Assembly: GCA_964602805.1 (NCBI GenBank)
Contig: CAZRSJ010000002.1
Location: 36,824 to 100,823, forward strand
Length of the DNA: 64,000 nt
DNA from: an uncultured Chromatiales bacterium
Lineage (GTDB): Bacteria; Pseudomonadota; Gammaproteobacteria; Poriferisulfidales; Poriferisulfidaceae
Direction: 5' to 3'
Every line of letters starts with the position of its first letter. Position 1 is the first letter of the stretch. The position numbers and the translations under genes were made by a program. This document shows positions 49,462 to 60,457 of the stretch, in pieces. Below the pieces are notes generated by a model. It saw only the letters and a program-made list of their open reading frames with translations, was not told the DNA's origin and did no database searches.

Positions 49462-51372
49462 ATGGAGGGAGTCCTCGAAATTAGAGACGGGTGCAATACT
49501 CCGGAGCAACTGCTCCGGAGTCTCGCGTTTGCCCGCTACCTGAAGATTTACAAAGAAGAGTTCATCACGGACCTGACGAGCCGTGAAAAGAATCGCGATG
49601 AAGCCCAGCACAAGGCGGAGATGATCCGCAAGATCACGTTGCGGGATATCACGAAGATTCTGGATGCCAACCATTTTTCTCCTGGCGAGCTGGAACACGC
49701 GCGCTCGGTCGTCAAGTTCTTGGACGGCGGTTTTCATCACTTCCGGAACAAGAGTTACACGCGCCTAGTGCGTCTGCAGAACGAAGTGGTCAGTTCTGGC
49801 ACGGAGAGCCAAACCACGATCAAGGACAAGGTCACGGAGAAGGCTGCCGAGTTGAACGACCTGATCCTGGAGACGCGCCGTCGGCTGCTGTCGCAAGTCG
49901 GGTTGGGTTACGGGGTTCGCCGTACGCCGGGTATGGACGCCTCGCCGAACGTGACGGCCGGTGAGATCTCCGGGCACTACTGCAACATTCCCGCTGCCTA
50001 CAGCATCCTGTGCCATGTGCCCCTGACCATGGCGGCGGACATCCGCACGGGAGTGGATTACCACACGCCGGCCAACCGGCGCGCTTACCCGTTCTTCCAG
50101 TTGGATCACAATCCGCTGCACCTTGAGAACTTCGATCCGGAAGAGTGGGTGTCGGTCCCGCTGCGGGTCGGACGCTGGCTGATCATCGCGTATATCCACA
50201 AGTCGCGCGGCTGCATCGAGATGGAGCCGGGCCTGCTGAACCTGTTCCCGTTCGCCGATGTCGAGCAGACTTTTCCGGCAATGCGCCCTGACGGGCTGTA
50301 CTTCTTCGGGGACCCGAACGGGGTGTTCGGCGAGGATCTCGGCTACTACTGGGACGAGGACAACCAGTTGTTGATCGGCCTGGTTCCGCAGCACGACGAA
50401 TACAAGTACTTCGGTTATTGCAAGAAACCCATCCTGACCCTGCACAACGTGCTCTCCATCCGTTGCGGCGATGTTCCGTTGCATTGCGGCTGCACCCGCT
50501 ATCTCGTGGGTTTCGAGGGCGGCGAGCCGTACATTTCGGAGATGCTGATCAAGGCGGACGACATGGGCCGGGTCGTGCTGGAGCGCGCCAACGGGGCGTC
50601 TTTCCGACGGCCGATCTTCTACGGTACCGAAATCGGCGCCTTCGCTTGCCTGGACGGCTTCAGCGAGCAGGCGAAGCTGGCCATGGAAGGTCGGGAGGTT
50701 GGCTACAACAACCACATGGGCTCGAACGCGCGGCAGGTCGTGCCGGTGGCCGAAGAGTCCGAGGTGGCGCTGGGCAGCAACCTGGACGTGCTGCTGTACC
50801 TGAACAACTTTGACATCAAGGAAGAAGGCGAGTCCTGCATTGATACGGATATTCCGATTTCCGATGCCATCGAACATTTCCGCAAGGGCGAACGGGTTGC
50901 CGCGGGCAGTACCCAGACGCATCGGGGCAAGAAGGAATCCAGCTACTGGGCCAATCCGTTTCCCGCCCTGATGAGCAACGACGGTGACGTGTTGCACCCC
51001 GACCTGTACGAGCAGTTCAGCGAGACCGAGGCCTCCTTCATGAAGGACGTCGAGGCGCTGGTAGAGCGCAAGGAAATGTACCTTGGCGTTGCCTACAGCC
51101 AGCTGATGGCCGGGGTGTACGAGGGCGTCGAAGACGACGACGTCACGCGTTGCGGTTTCGCCAACCGGGAGGAGATCGAGCAGGTTGCGCCGGAGCGCCT
51201 GGCGCTCGAACTGATCCAGATGGTCAAGCAGATTGCGGTGAAGAAGCGCGAACGGCTCGGCGGCGACGCCAAGGAAGTCGACGTGACGGTGGCGTTGGTC
51301 GGCGACAGCCGCACTGGCAAGTCGGAGACCGGAGAGAAACTGGAAGCCGTCCTCGGGTTGACGCTGGTCTGA
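49462..51372 (+). CDS. Large conserved hypothetical protein, 636 aa, Cys/His-rich centre
   Basis: Own AT-rich promoter region and downstream terminator. Motifs …GHYCNIPAAYSILCH… and …IRCGDVPLHCGCTRY… The latter is faintly reminiscent of the amidinotransferase-superfamily catalytic Cys loop. No confident family assignment. Confidence 0.7.
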   Translation: MEGVLEIRDGCNTPEQLLRSLAFARYLKIYKEEFITDLTSREKNRDEAQHKAEMIRKITLRDITKILDANHFSPGELEHARSVVKFLDGGFHHFRNKSYTRLVRLQNEVVSSGTESQTTIKDKVTEKAAELNDLILETRRRLLSQVGLGYGVRRTPGMDASPNVTAGEISGHYCNIPAAYSILCHVPLTMAADIRTGVDYHTPANRRAYPFFQLDHNPLHLENFDPEEWVSVPLRVGRWLIIAYIHKSRGCIEMEPGLLNLFPFADVEQTFPAMRPDGLYFFGDPNGVFGEDLGYYWDEDNQLLIGLVPQHDEYKYFGYCKKPILTLHNVLSIRCGDVPLHCGCTRYLVGFEGGEPYISEMLIKADDMGRVVLERANGASFRRPIFYGTEIGAFACLDGFSEQAKLAMEGREVGYNNHMGSNARQVVPVAEESEVALGSNLDVLLYLNNFDIKEEGESCIDTDIPISDAIEHFRKGERVAAGSTQTHRGKKESSYWANPFPALMSNDGDVLHPDLYEQFSETEASFMKDVEALVERKEMYLGVAYSQLMAGVYEGVEDDDVTRCGFANREEIEQVAPERLALELIQMVKQIAVKKRERLGGDAKEVDVTVALVGDSRTGKSETGEKLEAVLGLTLV

Positions 51373-51392
51373 CGACCCCCCTAAACCTGTTT

Positions 51393-51440
51393 CGTCCGAC
51401 CGGGAGGTGCGGACGAGTTCTCCATCTTTTCTTTTACGGA
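51393..51440 (+). terminator. Rho-independent terminator after the 639-aa ORF
   Basis: CGTCCGACCGGGAGGTGCGGACG hairpin followed by AGTTCTCCATCTTTTCTTTT. Confidence 0.45.
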
Positions 51441-51477
51441 TTAGATCCGGTTATCAGGGATGTTCTGAAATCGCATT

Positions 51478-54234
51478 TCATACGCGCGCAATCCGCTCGC
51501 GCTGTTCCGCGAGTTGTGCCTGCGCGGCTTCCAGCTCCGCCAGTCGCTCGCGTTCCTTCTGCACGACTTCCTCGGGGGCCCGCGATACGAACTTTTCGTT
51601 TTCCAGCTTGCCGCGGACCGCGCCGAGCGCACCGTCCAGTTTCTTCAACTCCCGGTCCAGTCGAGCCAGTTCGGCCTCACGGTCAATGAGATCGGCGAGC
51701 GGAATCAGCAGGCGCATGTTTCCAACCAGCACCGTAGCGGCTTCCGGGGCGGTTTCGTCCGGCTCCATCCAGTGGATTGATTCCGGACGCGCGAGGTTCC
51801 GGATCCAGGCTTCGGTGGCCTCGAAACGCTGCTGATCCTGCGGTGTCCAGTTCTCCAGGAGCACCGGGACCGGGCGGCCCGGAGCAATGTCCATCTCGGC
51901 CCGGGTCCTTCGAATCCCGCCGACAAATTCCTGCAGCCAGCGCATCGTCTCGGGAGTCTCGGAATCTTCCGTGACATCGTCCGTCTCAGGCCAAGGCTGG
52001 GTCATCAGGAACGCATCCGCCGCATTCCGGCGTTGCGGCAATTGCTGGTGCAACTCCTCGGTAATGAATGGCATGAACGGATGCAGCAGTCGCAGAATCC
52101 GGTCCAATGTTGTGTACAGGGTGCCCAGAGTGGACTGCACGGCGTCTTCCGGAGCGTCTTCGTTCAGGGTCGTCTTGGTGAATTCCAGGTACCAATCGCA
52201 GAAGTCGTGCCAGACAAAGTCGTACAGGGTTTTTGCGGCCAAGTCGAAACGATAGGCATCGAGGTGTTCGGTCACCTCCCGGGTCACCGCTTGCGCGCGT
52301 GCCGTGATCCAGCGATCAACCAGGCTCGCCTCGCCTGAGGGCACCGACCCATCCAGCCGTTCGGCATGGATCAGCGCGAAGCGCACCGCGTTCCAGAGTT
52401 TGTTGCAGAAATTCCGGTAGCCCAGTACGCGCGGCAACTCGAAGCGCACGTCGCGCCCGAAGGTTGCCTGGGTGGCGAAGCAGAAGCGCAGCGCGTCGGC
52501 TCCGCACGCCTGGAAGCCGTCCGGGAATTCCTGGCGGGTCACCCGCTCGATTGAATTGCCCTGCTTCGGATCCATCAGATCCTCGACGCGCTTCTTGACC
52601 AGCGCTTCCAGATCGATGCCGTCGATGACGTCGATCGGGTCGATGGTGTTGCCCTTGGATTTCGACATCTTCTGGCCGTGGGCATCGCGCACCAGGCCGT
52701 GCACGTAGACGTCGCGGAACGGGACATCCTCCATGAAGTGCAGTCCCATCATGATCATGCGCGCAACCCAGAAGAAGATGATGTCGAAACCCGTGACCAG
52801 CACGTCGGTGGGGTAGAAGCGCTCCAGCGCCGCATCCTTCCTGGGCCAGCCGAGCGTGGAGAACGGCCAAAGCGCGGAAGAGAACCAGGTATCCAGCACA
52901 TCTTCGTCCTGACGCAACGGCGCATCGGCCGGGATCCCGTATTTTTCCCGCACCTCCTGCTCGCTCCGGCCTACGTGCGGCGTGCCGTCGGCGTCGTACC
53001 AGGCGGGGATGCGGTGCCCCCACCACAGTTGGCGGCTGATGCACCAGTCTTCGATGTTCTCCATCCAGTCGTAGTAGGTCCGGCTCCAGTTCTCCGGCAC
53101 GAAGCGGATGCGGCCCTCGCGTACCGCCGTCACGGCTTTCTCGGCCAGCGGCCCGGCGCGGACGTACCATTGGTCGGTCAGATAGGGTTCGACCACGGCG
53201 CCGCTGCGGTCGCCGCGGGGGATGGTCAGGGCGTGTTCTTCCGTGCGCTCCAGCAGGCCCTGTGCTTCCAGGTCTTTCAAGACCTGTTCACGCGCCTGCT
53301 CCCGGCTCAGGCCCCGGTAAGCCTCGGGCGCGGCTTCGCCGAGGTGCGCGGTGTCGGTAAAGATGTTGACCAGCGGCAGGTCGTGGCGCAGCCCCACCTG
53401 GTAGTCGTTGAAGTCGTGCGCCGGCGTGATCTTCACGCAGCCGGAACCGAACTCCGGATCGACGTAGTTGTCCGCCACGATCGGGATGTCGCGTCCGGCC
53501 AGCGGCAGCCGGACGGATTTTCCAATCCATTCCCGGTAACGGGGGTCGTCGGGATGCACCGCGACCGCGGTGTCGCCCAGCATGGTTTCCGGGCGGGTGG
53601 TGGCGACCACCAGCACTTCGTCGGAATCGACAATGGGGTAGCGCAGGTGCCACAGGTGCCCCTGTTCCTCGGAAGCCACCACCTCGAGGTCCGACAGGGC
53701 GGTGCGCAGCACCGGATCCCAGTTGACCAGGCGCTTGCCGCGGTAGACCAGGTCCTGTTCGTGCAGTTGCACGAACACTTCGCGAACCGCCTCGGACAAG
53801 CCTTCGTCCATGGTGAACCGTTCGCGGGACCAGTCGACCGAGGCGCCCATGCGGCGAAGCTGCCGGGTGATGTGTCCGCCGGATTCGCGCTTCCAGGTCC
53901 AGACTTCCTCGACGAAGGCGTCCCGGCCCAGTTCCCGGCGCGTCCGGCCTTCGCGTTCCAGTTTGCGTTCGACCACCATCTGGGTGGCGATGCCGGCGTG
54001 GTCGGTTCCCGGCTGCCACAGGGCGGCACGACCCTGCATTCGCCGCCAACGGGTCAGGATGTCCATCAGGGTGTCCTGGAACGCGTGACCCATGTGCAGG
54101 GTCCCGGTCACGTTCGGAGGCGGGATCATGATGCAGAAGGACTCGCCCTCGGCGTTCGGCGCAAACGCGCCGCTTTCTTCCCAGCGTTGCCGCCAAAAAG
54201 CTTCGATCCGTTCGGGGTCGTAACTCTTGTTCAT
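51478..54234 (-). CDS. valS: Valyl-tRNA synthetase
   Basis: …[15 protein letters not shown]… (HIGH), KMSKS region, and C-terminal coiled coil. 918 aa. Confidence 0.95.
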   Translation of the reverse strand: MNKSYDPERIEAFWRQRWEESGAFAPNAEGESFCIMIPPPNVTGTLHMGHAFQDTLMDILTRWRRMQGRAALWQPGTDHAGIATQMVVERKLEREGRTRRELGRDAFVEEVWTWKRESGGHITRQLRRMGASVDWSRERFTMDEGLSEAVREVFVQLHEQDLVYRGKRLVNWDPVLRTALSDLEVVASEEQGHLWHLRYPIVDSDEVLVVATTRPETMLGDTAVAVHPDDPRYREWIGKSVRLPLAGRDIPIVADNYVDPEFGSGCVKITPAHDFNDYQVGLRHDLPLVNIFTDTAHLGEAAPEAYRGLSREQAREQVLKDLEAQGLLERTEEHALTIPRGDRSGAVVEPYLTDQWYVRAGPLAEKAVTAVREGRIRFVPENWSRTYYDWMENIEDWCISRQLWWGHRIPAWYDADGTPHVGRSEQEVREKYGIPADAPLRQDEDVLDTWFSSALWPFSTLGWPRKDAALERFYPTDVLVTGFDIIFFWVARMIMMGLHFMEDVPFRDVYVHGLVRDAHGQKMSKSKGNTIDPIDVIDGIDLEALVKKRVEDLMDPKQGNSIERVTRQEFPDGFQACGADALRFCFATQATFGRDVRFELPRVLGYRNFCNKLWNAVRFALIHAERLDGSVPSGEASLVDRWITARAQAVTREVTEHLDAYRFDLAAKTLYDFVWHDFCDWYLEFTKTTLNEDAPEDAVQSTLGTLYTTLDRILRLLHPFMPFITEELHQQLPQRRNAADAFLMTQPWPETDDVTEDSETPETMRWLQEFVGGIRRTRAEMDIAPGRPVPVLLENWTPQDQQRFEATEAWIRNLARPESIHWMEPDETAPEAATVLVGNMRLLIPLADLIDREAELARLDRELKKLDGALGAVRGKLENEKFVSRAPEEVVQKERERLAELEAAQAQLAEQRERIARV

Positions 54235-54272
54235 CTGTCGGGTCGCCCGGAGGAGGGCGGGGGGCGCAGCCC

Positions 54273-54689
54273 CTATTTCGCGATCTCGTGGAGCTCCGGC
54301 TCAAAGCCGAGTTCCCGGTACTGGCGGAAGCGCGCGCGGCCATGGTCCTTGGTGGTGTCGTCCGGTCCCACGACTTCGGCGACCCGGTTGAACGATTCAT
54401 ATTCTTCCGGCATGTCGTCGGCCAGGTTGATCAGGACGTCCCGCTCCTGCGGCAGCCATGCGTCATGGATGGTGACCCGGACGTGTGGGCTTGGGCTTTC
54501 TCCGAGGCTGTGCGCAAGGAAACTCTGGTCGCGGAAGGTCCACATCTGGGTATTCAGCGATTCGGCAGCCTGCATGTCCGGGACCCGCACGTGCACGCGA
54601 TGACCCTGGGCCACGGCCTTCTCCGCGATCTGGCAGACGATCCGCTCGCGGTGGCCTCGCTTGATGACGTAGAAGTGGACGTTCTCCAT
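54273..54689 (-). CDS. holC: DNA polymerase III chi subunit
   Basis: [25 protein letters not shown]… 138 aa. Sits in the valS-holC-pepA arrangement. Confidence 0.8.
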   Translation of the reverse strand: MENVHFYVIKRGHRERIVCQIAEKAVAQGHRVHVRVPDMQAAESLNTQMWTFRDQSFLAHSLGESPSPHVRVTIHDAWLPQERDVLINLADDMPEEYESFNRVAEVVGPDDTTKDHGRARFRQYRELGFEPELHEIAK

Positions 54690-54693
54690 CGGT

Positions 54694-56187
54694 TCAGGAG
54701 TTTTGGGCGTCCTTCATCAGGAAATGCGTCAGCAACGGCACTGGCCGTCCGGTCGCCCCCTTGCTCTTGCCGGTATTCCAGGCGGTTCCGGCGATGTCGA
54801 GATGCGCCCACGGCGTGTCGCCGACGAAGCGCGACAGGAAGCAGGCGGCGGTAGTGGCGCCCGCGTAGCGCTCCCCGATATTCGCGATATCGGCGAAATT
54901 GCTGTCCAGTTCAGGCTGGTAATCGTCCCATAGCGGAAGCGGCCAGACCCGATCCCAGCTTTCGCGCCCGGCGGCGACCAGCGCGCGCTCCACCGAGTTC
55001 TGGTACGTGAACAGCCCCGAGGCATGCTTGCCCAGTGCGTGCAGGCAGGCGCCGGTCAGGGTGGCGATGTCGATGATCAGGCGGGGCTTGAAGCTGAGGG
55101 CGTAATTGAGGGCGTCGCACAGGATCAGGCGGCCTTCGGCGTCGGTGTTCAGGATTTCCACGGTCTGGCCGGAGGCGGTGGTGACCACGTCGCCGGGTCG
55201 GGTGGCTCGTCCGCCCGGCATGTTCTCGGTCGCCGGGATGATGCCGACCAGGTGCTGGGGCAGATTCAATGCTGCCGCCGCCTTGAGCGTACCGAGCACG
55301 CTGCCGGCACCACACATGTCGAATTTCATTTCGTCCATCGCGGAGCTGGGCTTGATGGAAATCCCGCCCGTATCGAACGTCACGCCCTTCCCGACCAGCG
55401 CGATCGGAGCCTTGGTGCGAGCCCGGCCGCGGTATTCGATGACGATCAACTGTGGTTCTTCCGGGCTGCCCTGCGCCACGGCGAGGAATGCGCCCATATT
55501 GCGTTTTTCAAGCTCACGGCGACCGAACGACTTGACGGCAAAGCGCGAGTCCTCGCGGATCAGCGAGCGGGCCTGGCGGGCCAGGTAGCTTGGCGTGCAG
55601 AGGTTGGGTGGCAGGTCGCCGAGTTGCCGGGTCCAGATCATTCCGGACGCGATCCCCACGCCTTGGTCCACCGCCTTGCGGACCCCGGCCCGGGTGGTCG
55701 CGGAGGCCGTGATCGTGACGGATTCCAAAGGCGTGGCCGGAGGCTTGGCGGAGGGCTTGGTCTCTTGGAAGACGTAGGCCGCGTTCTCCAGGATCAGCGC
55801 GGTCTGGCGCGCATTCCATTGGGCATTCCTGCCGGCGATCCTGACTTCGCCGCTGGCGAGCGTCGCCGCGACCGTGGCGTCCTTGTGCAGGGTCCGGGCG
55901 ATTTGGCGCATCGTCTTCAGGAAATCGTTTTCCCCGACCTTGCCGGATTCGCCGAAACCGGCCACCAGCAGGCGCGAAGCCTTCAGCCCGGCGGGGCGAT
56001 ACAATGCGTTGAGAGTTTCGGCCTTGCCGGCTGCATCCTGCTGGGAGAGGAGGTCACTGACCGCTCCGCCCGTGATCCGGTCCACGGTTCGGGCACCGGG
56101 AGTCATCTGGCCGTTTTCGTAGACGCCCACCACCAAGCAGTCGCAAGCGATTTCCGCGGGTGAGGCGGTGACAACGGAATACTTCAT
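54694..56187 (-). CDS. pepA: Leucyl aminopeptidase (M17)
   Basis: …NTDAEGRLILCDAL… M17 signature. 497 aa. Confidence 0.95.
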   Translation of the reverse strand: MKYSVVTASPAEIACDCLVVGVYENGQMTPGARTVDRITGGAVSDLLSQQDAAGKAETLNALYRPAGLKASRLLVAGFGESGKVGENDFLKTMRQIARTLHKDATVAATLASGEVRIAGRNAQWNARQTALILENAAYVFQETKPSAKPPATPLESVTITASATTRAGVRKAVDQGVGIASGMIWTRQLGDLPPNLCTPSYLARQARSLIREDSRFAVKSFGRRELEKRNMGAFLAVAQGSPEEPQLIVIEYRGRARTKAPIALVGKGVTFDTGGISIKPSSAMDEMKFDMCGAGSVLGTLKAAAALNLPQHLVGIIPATENMPGGRATRPGDVVTTASGQTVEILNTDAEGRLILCDALNYALSFKPRLIIDIATLTGACLHALGKHASGLFTYQNSVERALVAAGRESWDRVWPLPLWDDYQPELDSNFADIANIGERYAGATTAACFLSRFVGDTPWAHLDIAGTAWNTGKSKGATGRPVPLLTHFLMKDAQNS

Positions 56188-56325
56188 GGAAAGAACCTAG
56201 AGGCCATGCGTGAAGAAGCCAAATTCTATCAAATTGCGCCTCCCCGCCTCCTTGAAGCGCCGGATTTCTCCTGACTGGAAACTGGCAGTAGAATTAGAGA
56301 TTCGTCTCTGAAAGGGGTTGGGAGT

Positions 56326-56520
56326 ATGAGCAAGAAAAAAGAGTTGTTCAACTTGTCGAACATTTTCGTTTACCTGATTGTCTGGCCGGTTTCCACCTTT
56401 ATCGTCGCTTCGGTGCTGTTGATCTGGTTCGGCATCGGGCGGTGGCTTTACGATGCGGGCTACTTCGAGTGGCTCATGACACTGGGGGGATACATCGCCC
56501 CCCCTCCCGGCTTGCCATGA
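56326..56520 (+). CDS. Possible small membrane protein, 64 aa
   Basis: Two hydrophobic segments. Weak SD. Lies in the unusually long pepA-lptF intergenic region. Speculative. Confidence 0.3.
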   Translation: MSKKKELFNLSNIFVYLIVWPVSTFIVASVLLIWFGIGRWLYDAGYFEWLMTLGGYIAPPPGLP

Positions 56521-56902
56521 CGAAAACGAACCTGTCCGATCAGTTTCGGAATGTCCCAGCCTGTTCCGATTGCATCTCGACCTGGATCTGCAGGTCTCCC
56601 GGTTCGCGTAAATTCCCGCAAATGCGCGCTGCTTGCCGCAATATCACCCGCTCTGCGGGCACCGATATTGGTCAAGTCGGGCGTGTAATTCCCTTTTGAA
56701 AAGCCGCCTGACCCAAGGTCTGTCCAGCCTGGACCGCTACCTGTCGTCGCTGGACGATCGTATCGCCGAGCTCGACCTTCGGTGGAGCCGCAGCGTGTCT
56801 CGCGGCGTGGGCAGGCTGCTGTTGAGGATGGGCTGGAAGGCGCGCAGCACGCCGGCGTCGAGCCCGCCTGGCTTTGGCCCCCGCCCGACGGGCATCCCCG
56901 GA

Positions 56903-57970
56903 TTGCGTTTTTCGATCCTGGACCGTTACCTGACGCGCGAACTCTTGCGTGCCGCATTTGCGGTCACCATCGTCCTGCTGCTGCTGATCGCCAGCAAGCT
57001 CTTCATGCAACAACTTGGCTACCTGACCGAAGGCAAGTTCTCCACGGGCATCGTATACGAACTCCTGTTCAACAAGCTTCTCGCCTACTTTGTCCACATG
57101 CTGCCGTTTCTGATGCTCCTGTCGTCGGTGCTGGCCCTCGGCCGCCTGCATCGGGACGCCGAGGTGACGGCGCTGCATTCCTGCGGCTATTCCGATGCCC
57201 GGCTGCTGTTTCCCATGGCGCTGGTCGGCATTCCCCTGGCCGTCATGCTGGGGGTGATGAGCCTGTCCGTCACGCCCAGGTTGTCGCTCGAAGCGGAGTT
57301 GGCTCATCATCAGGCCCGCCTGGAGGCGGGGCTGGACCTGATGCAGGAAGGCCGGTTCATGCAGACCCGGAACGGCCGTTGGGCGTTGTACGCGAGCCGG
57401 ACGAAAGGGCAGGTTGCGGAAGACGTGTTTTTTGCCAGCTACGACGCGGAATCGCAACAGGTTCATATTGAAACCGCAGCCCGGGCCACCCGGGCCCGGG
57501 AGAACGGTGTTTATGTGCTTGATTTCGAGGACGGCCGGTGGCACAGCGGCTGGCCGGGCGATGCGGACTTCCAGACCATGAAATTCGACCGGCACCTGCT
57601 GCGGGTCAGCATGGCGCCGCCGTCCAACGTCTGGACGCATACCAAATACATGACGCCGGGGCAGCTGTGGGAGGATGGTTCCGCGGCGGCCCACGCGGAA
57701 CTGCAATGGCGGTGGTCCCTGCCGGTCTCGCTGCTCCTGATGCTGGCGCTTGCCATCCCGCTTTCGCGCAGTTCGGTTCGGGAAGGGAAGTACGCCCGCG
57801 CCGTCTACGCGATTGCCATCTACCTGGTCTATGCGCAGTTCCAGTTGCTGGCGACCAGCCAGGTCCGGGGGGGTAATTGGCCTGCCTGGGCGGGCGTCTG
57901 GTGGGTGCATGTGCTGATGGCCGCAGGGGTCTTCCTGCTGTACCGGCAAGTCCAACGGAGCCGGACGTGA
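56903..57970 (+). CDS. lptF: LPS export ABC permease
   Basis: …RFSILDRYLTRELLRAAFAVTIVLLLLIA… YjgP/YjgQ family. Probable TTG start at 56903. Track ORF extends upstream without homology. Confidence 0.8.
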   Translation: MRFSILDRYLTRELLRAAFAVTIVLLLLIASKLFMQQLGYLTEGKFSTGIVYELLFNKLLAYFVHMLPFLMLLSSVLALGRLHRDAEVTALHSCGYSDARLLFPMALVGIPLAVMLGVMSLSVTPRLSLEAELAHHQARLEAGLDLMQEGRFMQTRNGRWALYASRTKGQVAEDVFFASYDAESQQVHIETAARATRARENGVYVLDFEDGRWHSGWPGDADFQTMKFDRHLLRVSMAPPSNVWTHTKYMTPGQLWEDGSAAAHAELQWRWSLPVSLLLMLALAIPLSRSSVREGKYARAVYAIAIYLVYAQFQLLATSQVRGGNWPAWAGVWWVHVLMAAGVFLLYRQVQRSRT

Positions 57971-59073
57971 GTATCCTGACCCGCCACCTGATTTGGCGCG
58001 TGCTGGTCGGGATCGGCCTGGTGGCGCTGGCCGTGGTGACGATCCTGACCCTGGTGGACCTGATCGACGAGGCGCGCCGGGTGCGCCCGGGAAGCTATTC
58101 GTTTGCGGACGCCTTGTGGGTGATCGTGCTGACCATGCCGCAGCGCATCTACGAGGTGTTGCCGGTTTCAGTGTTCATCGGCAGCCTGCTGAGTCTGGGT
58201 CAACTGGTCGCGGACAACGAGATGACGGCATTGCGCGCATCGGGGGTGGGCGTGTGGTGGCTGTCTAGGAGGCTGCTGTCGGTAGGCTTGCTTTTGGCAT
58301 TGGTGACCATTTTCATTGGAGAGAAGATTGCTCCGGTGGGCGCGGAGTCGGCTTGGAACATCCGGCAGCAGTCGCAGGAGGGGGCCTTGGTTGGAGAGGC
58401 GCAGGGGCTGTGGGTTCGCAAGGGCGATCACTATCTCCACGTGTTGCGGGGGGACCGGCGCGACCGCCTATCCCAAGTGCTGGCGTATCGCCTGGATGAC
58501 GATGGTGCCTTGGAGCACAGCCTGCATGCCGAGAGTGCCCAGTTCACGGATGGGCGCTGGGTTCTGCACGAAGTCCGGGAAAGCGTCATCCACCCGGACG
58601 GCAGCGTGACCCGCGAGCAGCATGCAGTGAGAACCGATATCATCCTGCCGGGTGTCGACGTGTTGGACACGATGCTGATGCCCGCCGACGAAATGCCGAT
58701 CACGCGCTTGGATCGCTACCTGGACTACTTCGAAGGCGAAGAACTGGACTTGCGTCCCTACCAGTTCGCTTGGTGGCAGCGCTTCGCCACGCCTCTGGCT
58801 TGCGTGGTGGTCTTGTTGCTGACGGTTTCGTTTACATTCACCCAATCCCGCGGCGGAGGGCTCGGGCAACGCATCTTCATCGGCGTGGTCAGCGGTATCG
58901 GCATCTACCTGTTCAACCGGGTCGGCGGGCACCTAGGGATGCTGATGGACCTGCCGCCCTGGCTGGCGGCATTTCTGCCGCTGGTTCTGCTTTTCCTGCT
59001 CGGTTGCGCGGTGTTGCTGGCGCAGCAAGCCAATACGCGTCAGGATTTGGGCACTCTTCTCAGCCGGGCATAG
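57967..59073 (+). CDS. lptG: LPS export ABC permease
   Basis: GTG start overlapping lptF stop (GTGA). …VSILTRHLIWRVLVGIGLVALAVVTIL… 368 aa. Confidence 0.85.
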   Translation: MSILTRHLIWRVLVGIGLVALAVVTILTLVDLIDEARRVRPGSYSFADALWVIVLTMPQRIYEVLPVSVFIGSLLSLGQLVADNEMTALRASGVGVWWLSRRLLSVGLLLALVTIFIGEKIAPVGAESAWNIRQQSQEGALVGEAQGLWVRKGDHYLHVLRGDRRDRLSQVLAYRLDDDGALEHSLHAESAQFTDGRWVLHEVRESVIHPDGSVTREQHAVRTDIILPGVDVLDTMLMPADEMPITRLDRYLDYFEGEELDLRPYQFAWWQRFATPLACVVVLLLTVSFTFTQSRGGGLGQRIFIGVVSGIGIYLFNRVGGHLGMLMDLPPWLAAFLPLVLLFLLGCAVLLAQQANTRQDLGTLLSRA

Positions 59074-59095
59074 GGCCCGGGCCTCCCGCCCTGCC

Positions 59096-59512
59096 TTATT
59101 CCGCCGATACCAGCCGGGTGGCGCTCCACTGGTCGTGCCAGCAGAGCCGCGCCGCGCCGAACAGGCTCCACAGGAAGCCCAGTCCCAGGCAGGCCCAGGA
59201 CAAAACGGCGCCCAGGCCCCGAATCACGGCAGCTCCCCAGCCGATCCTCTGGCCATCCACGGTCTCGATGCGAACCCGCCAGGCGCGCATGCCGACCGTG
59301 GCGCCGCGGGAGCGCCAGCACAGGACGAAATAAGCCAGCCCGACGACTGAAAGGTAGGCCTGGTACAGGATACGCTCCGGGGAACCGGGCACGGACAGGT
59401 CCAGCATGGCAAATGGAATACTGGCAGCCCACCAGATGGCAGCCAGCGCCAGGAGGTCATAGAGGATGCAACCCAATCGCCGCCAGAGGCCGACGGTGTT
59501 CGCAGACGGCAT
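59096..59512 (-). CDS. RDD-family membrane protein
   Basis: …[21 protein letters not shown]… and …[25 protein letters not shown]… RDD domain. Confidence 0.7.
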   Translation of the reverse strand: MPSANTVGLWRRLGCILYDLLALAAIWWAASIPFAMLDLSVPGSPERILYQAYLSVVGLAYFVLCWRSRGATVGMRAWRVRIETVDGQRIGWGAAVIRGLGAVLSWACLGLGFLWSLFGAARLCWHDQWSATRLVSAE

Positions 59513-59563
59513 GTTGCGAGTGTAGCACACCGAATGGCAGGCACTGCTGTATACTTTCCATAC

Positions 59564-60457
59564 ATGTCCGACGCCGACATAATCGACACATTTCTCGACA
59601 GCAGTTGGGCGGAGCAGGGGCTCGCGCGCTCGACGATGCTGGCATATCGCTCTGATTTAACAGGATTTTCAAAATGGCTCAATGCCCAGGGCGCGAACCT
59701 GCGCGCGGCGGATGGCGGCGATATCCAGATGTATCTGGCTTCCCGGCTCCAAAAGGGCATGCAGGCCAGCAGCGTGGCGCGCATCCTGTCGGCGATCCGG
59801 CTGTTCTACCGCTATGCGAAGCGGCACGCCCTGCGCAGCGACGACCCCTGCACGCAGATCATCACCCCGAAGCCGTCCCGGTACCTGCCCTCGGTGCTGA
59901 GCGAGCAGGAAACCGAAACCCTGTTGAACACGCCGAATACGGACACCCCCAAGGGACTGCGGGACCGCGCCATGCTGGAATTGCTGTATGCCTGCGGACT
60001 CAGGGTGAGTGAACTCGTCACCCTCAAACAGGGTCAGATCAACATGAAAACCGGAGTCCTGCGCCTGGTGGGGAAAGGCATGAAGGAACGGCTGGTGCCG
60101 ATCGGCGAATGCGCAACCGATTGGCTGGAGCGTTACCTCCGGGATTCCCGGCCGGCGTTATTGAAGGACCGCCCTCGGACCGAGGATCTGTTTGTCACCC
60201 GCCAAGGCCGGGCGATGACCCGTCAGGCTTTCTGGCAGATGCTGCGCCAAGTGGCCCGGAAGGCCGGCATCACCAAGCCACTGACGCCGCACACGCTGAG
60301 GCACACGTTCGCCACGCACCTGCTCAACCATGGGGCGGACTTGCGGGTGGTGCAGATGCTGCTCGGCCACAGCGACCTCGCTACGACTCAAATCTACACT
60401 CACGTCGCCCATGACAAGCTCAAAGACATGCACCGGGTTCACCATCCTCGTGGCTAG
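59564..60457 (+). CDS. xerD: Tyrosine recombinase XerD
   Basis: [32 protein letters not shown]… …[12 protein letters not shown]…[15 protein letters not shown]. 297 aa. Confidence 0.9.
   Translation: MSDADIIDTFLDSSWAEQGLARSTMLAYRSDLTGFSKWLNAQGANLRAADGGDIQMYLASRLQKGMQASSVARILSAIRLFYRYAKRHALRSDDPCTQIITPKPSRYLPSVLSEQETETLLNTPNTDTPKGLRDRAMLELLYACGLRVSELVTLKQGQINMKTGVLRLVGKGMKERLVPIGECATDWLERYLRDSRPALLKDRPRTEDLFVTRQGRAMTRQAFWQMLRQVARKAGITKPLTPHTLRHTFATHLLNHGADLRVVQMLLGHSDLATTQIYTHVAHDKLKDMHRVHHPRG

Noticed and set aside
52678-54603. 641-aa ORF antisense to valS/holC
   Set aside because: Antisense GC artefact.
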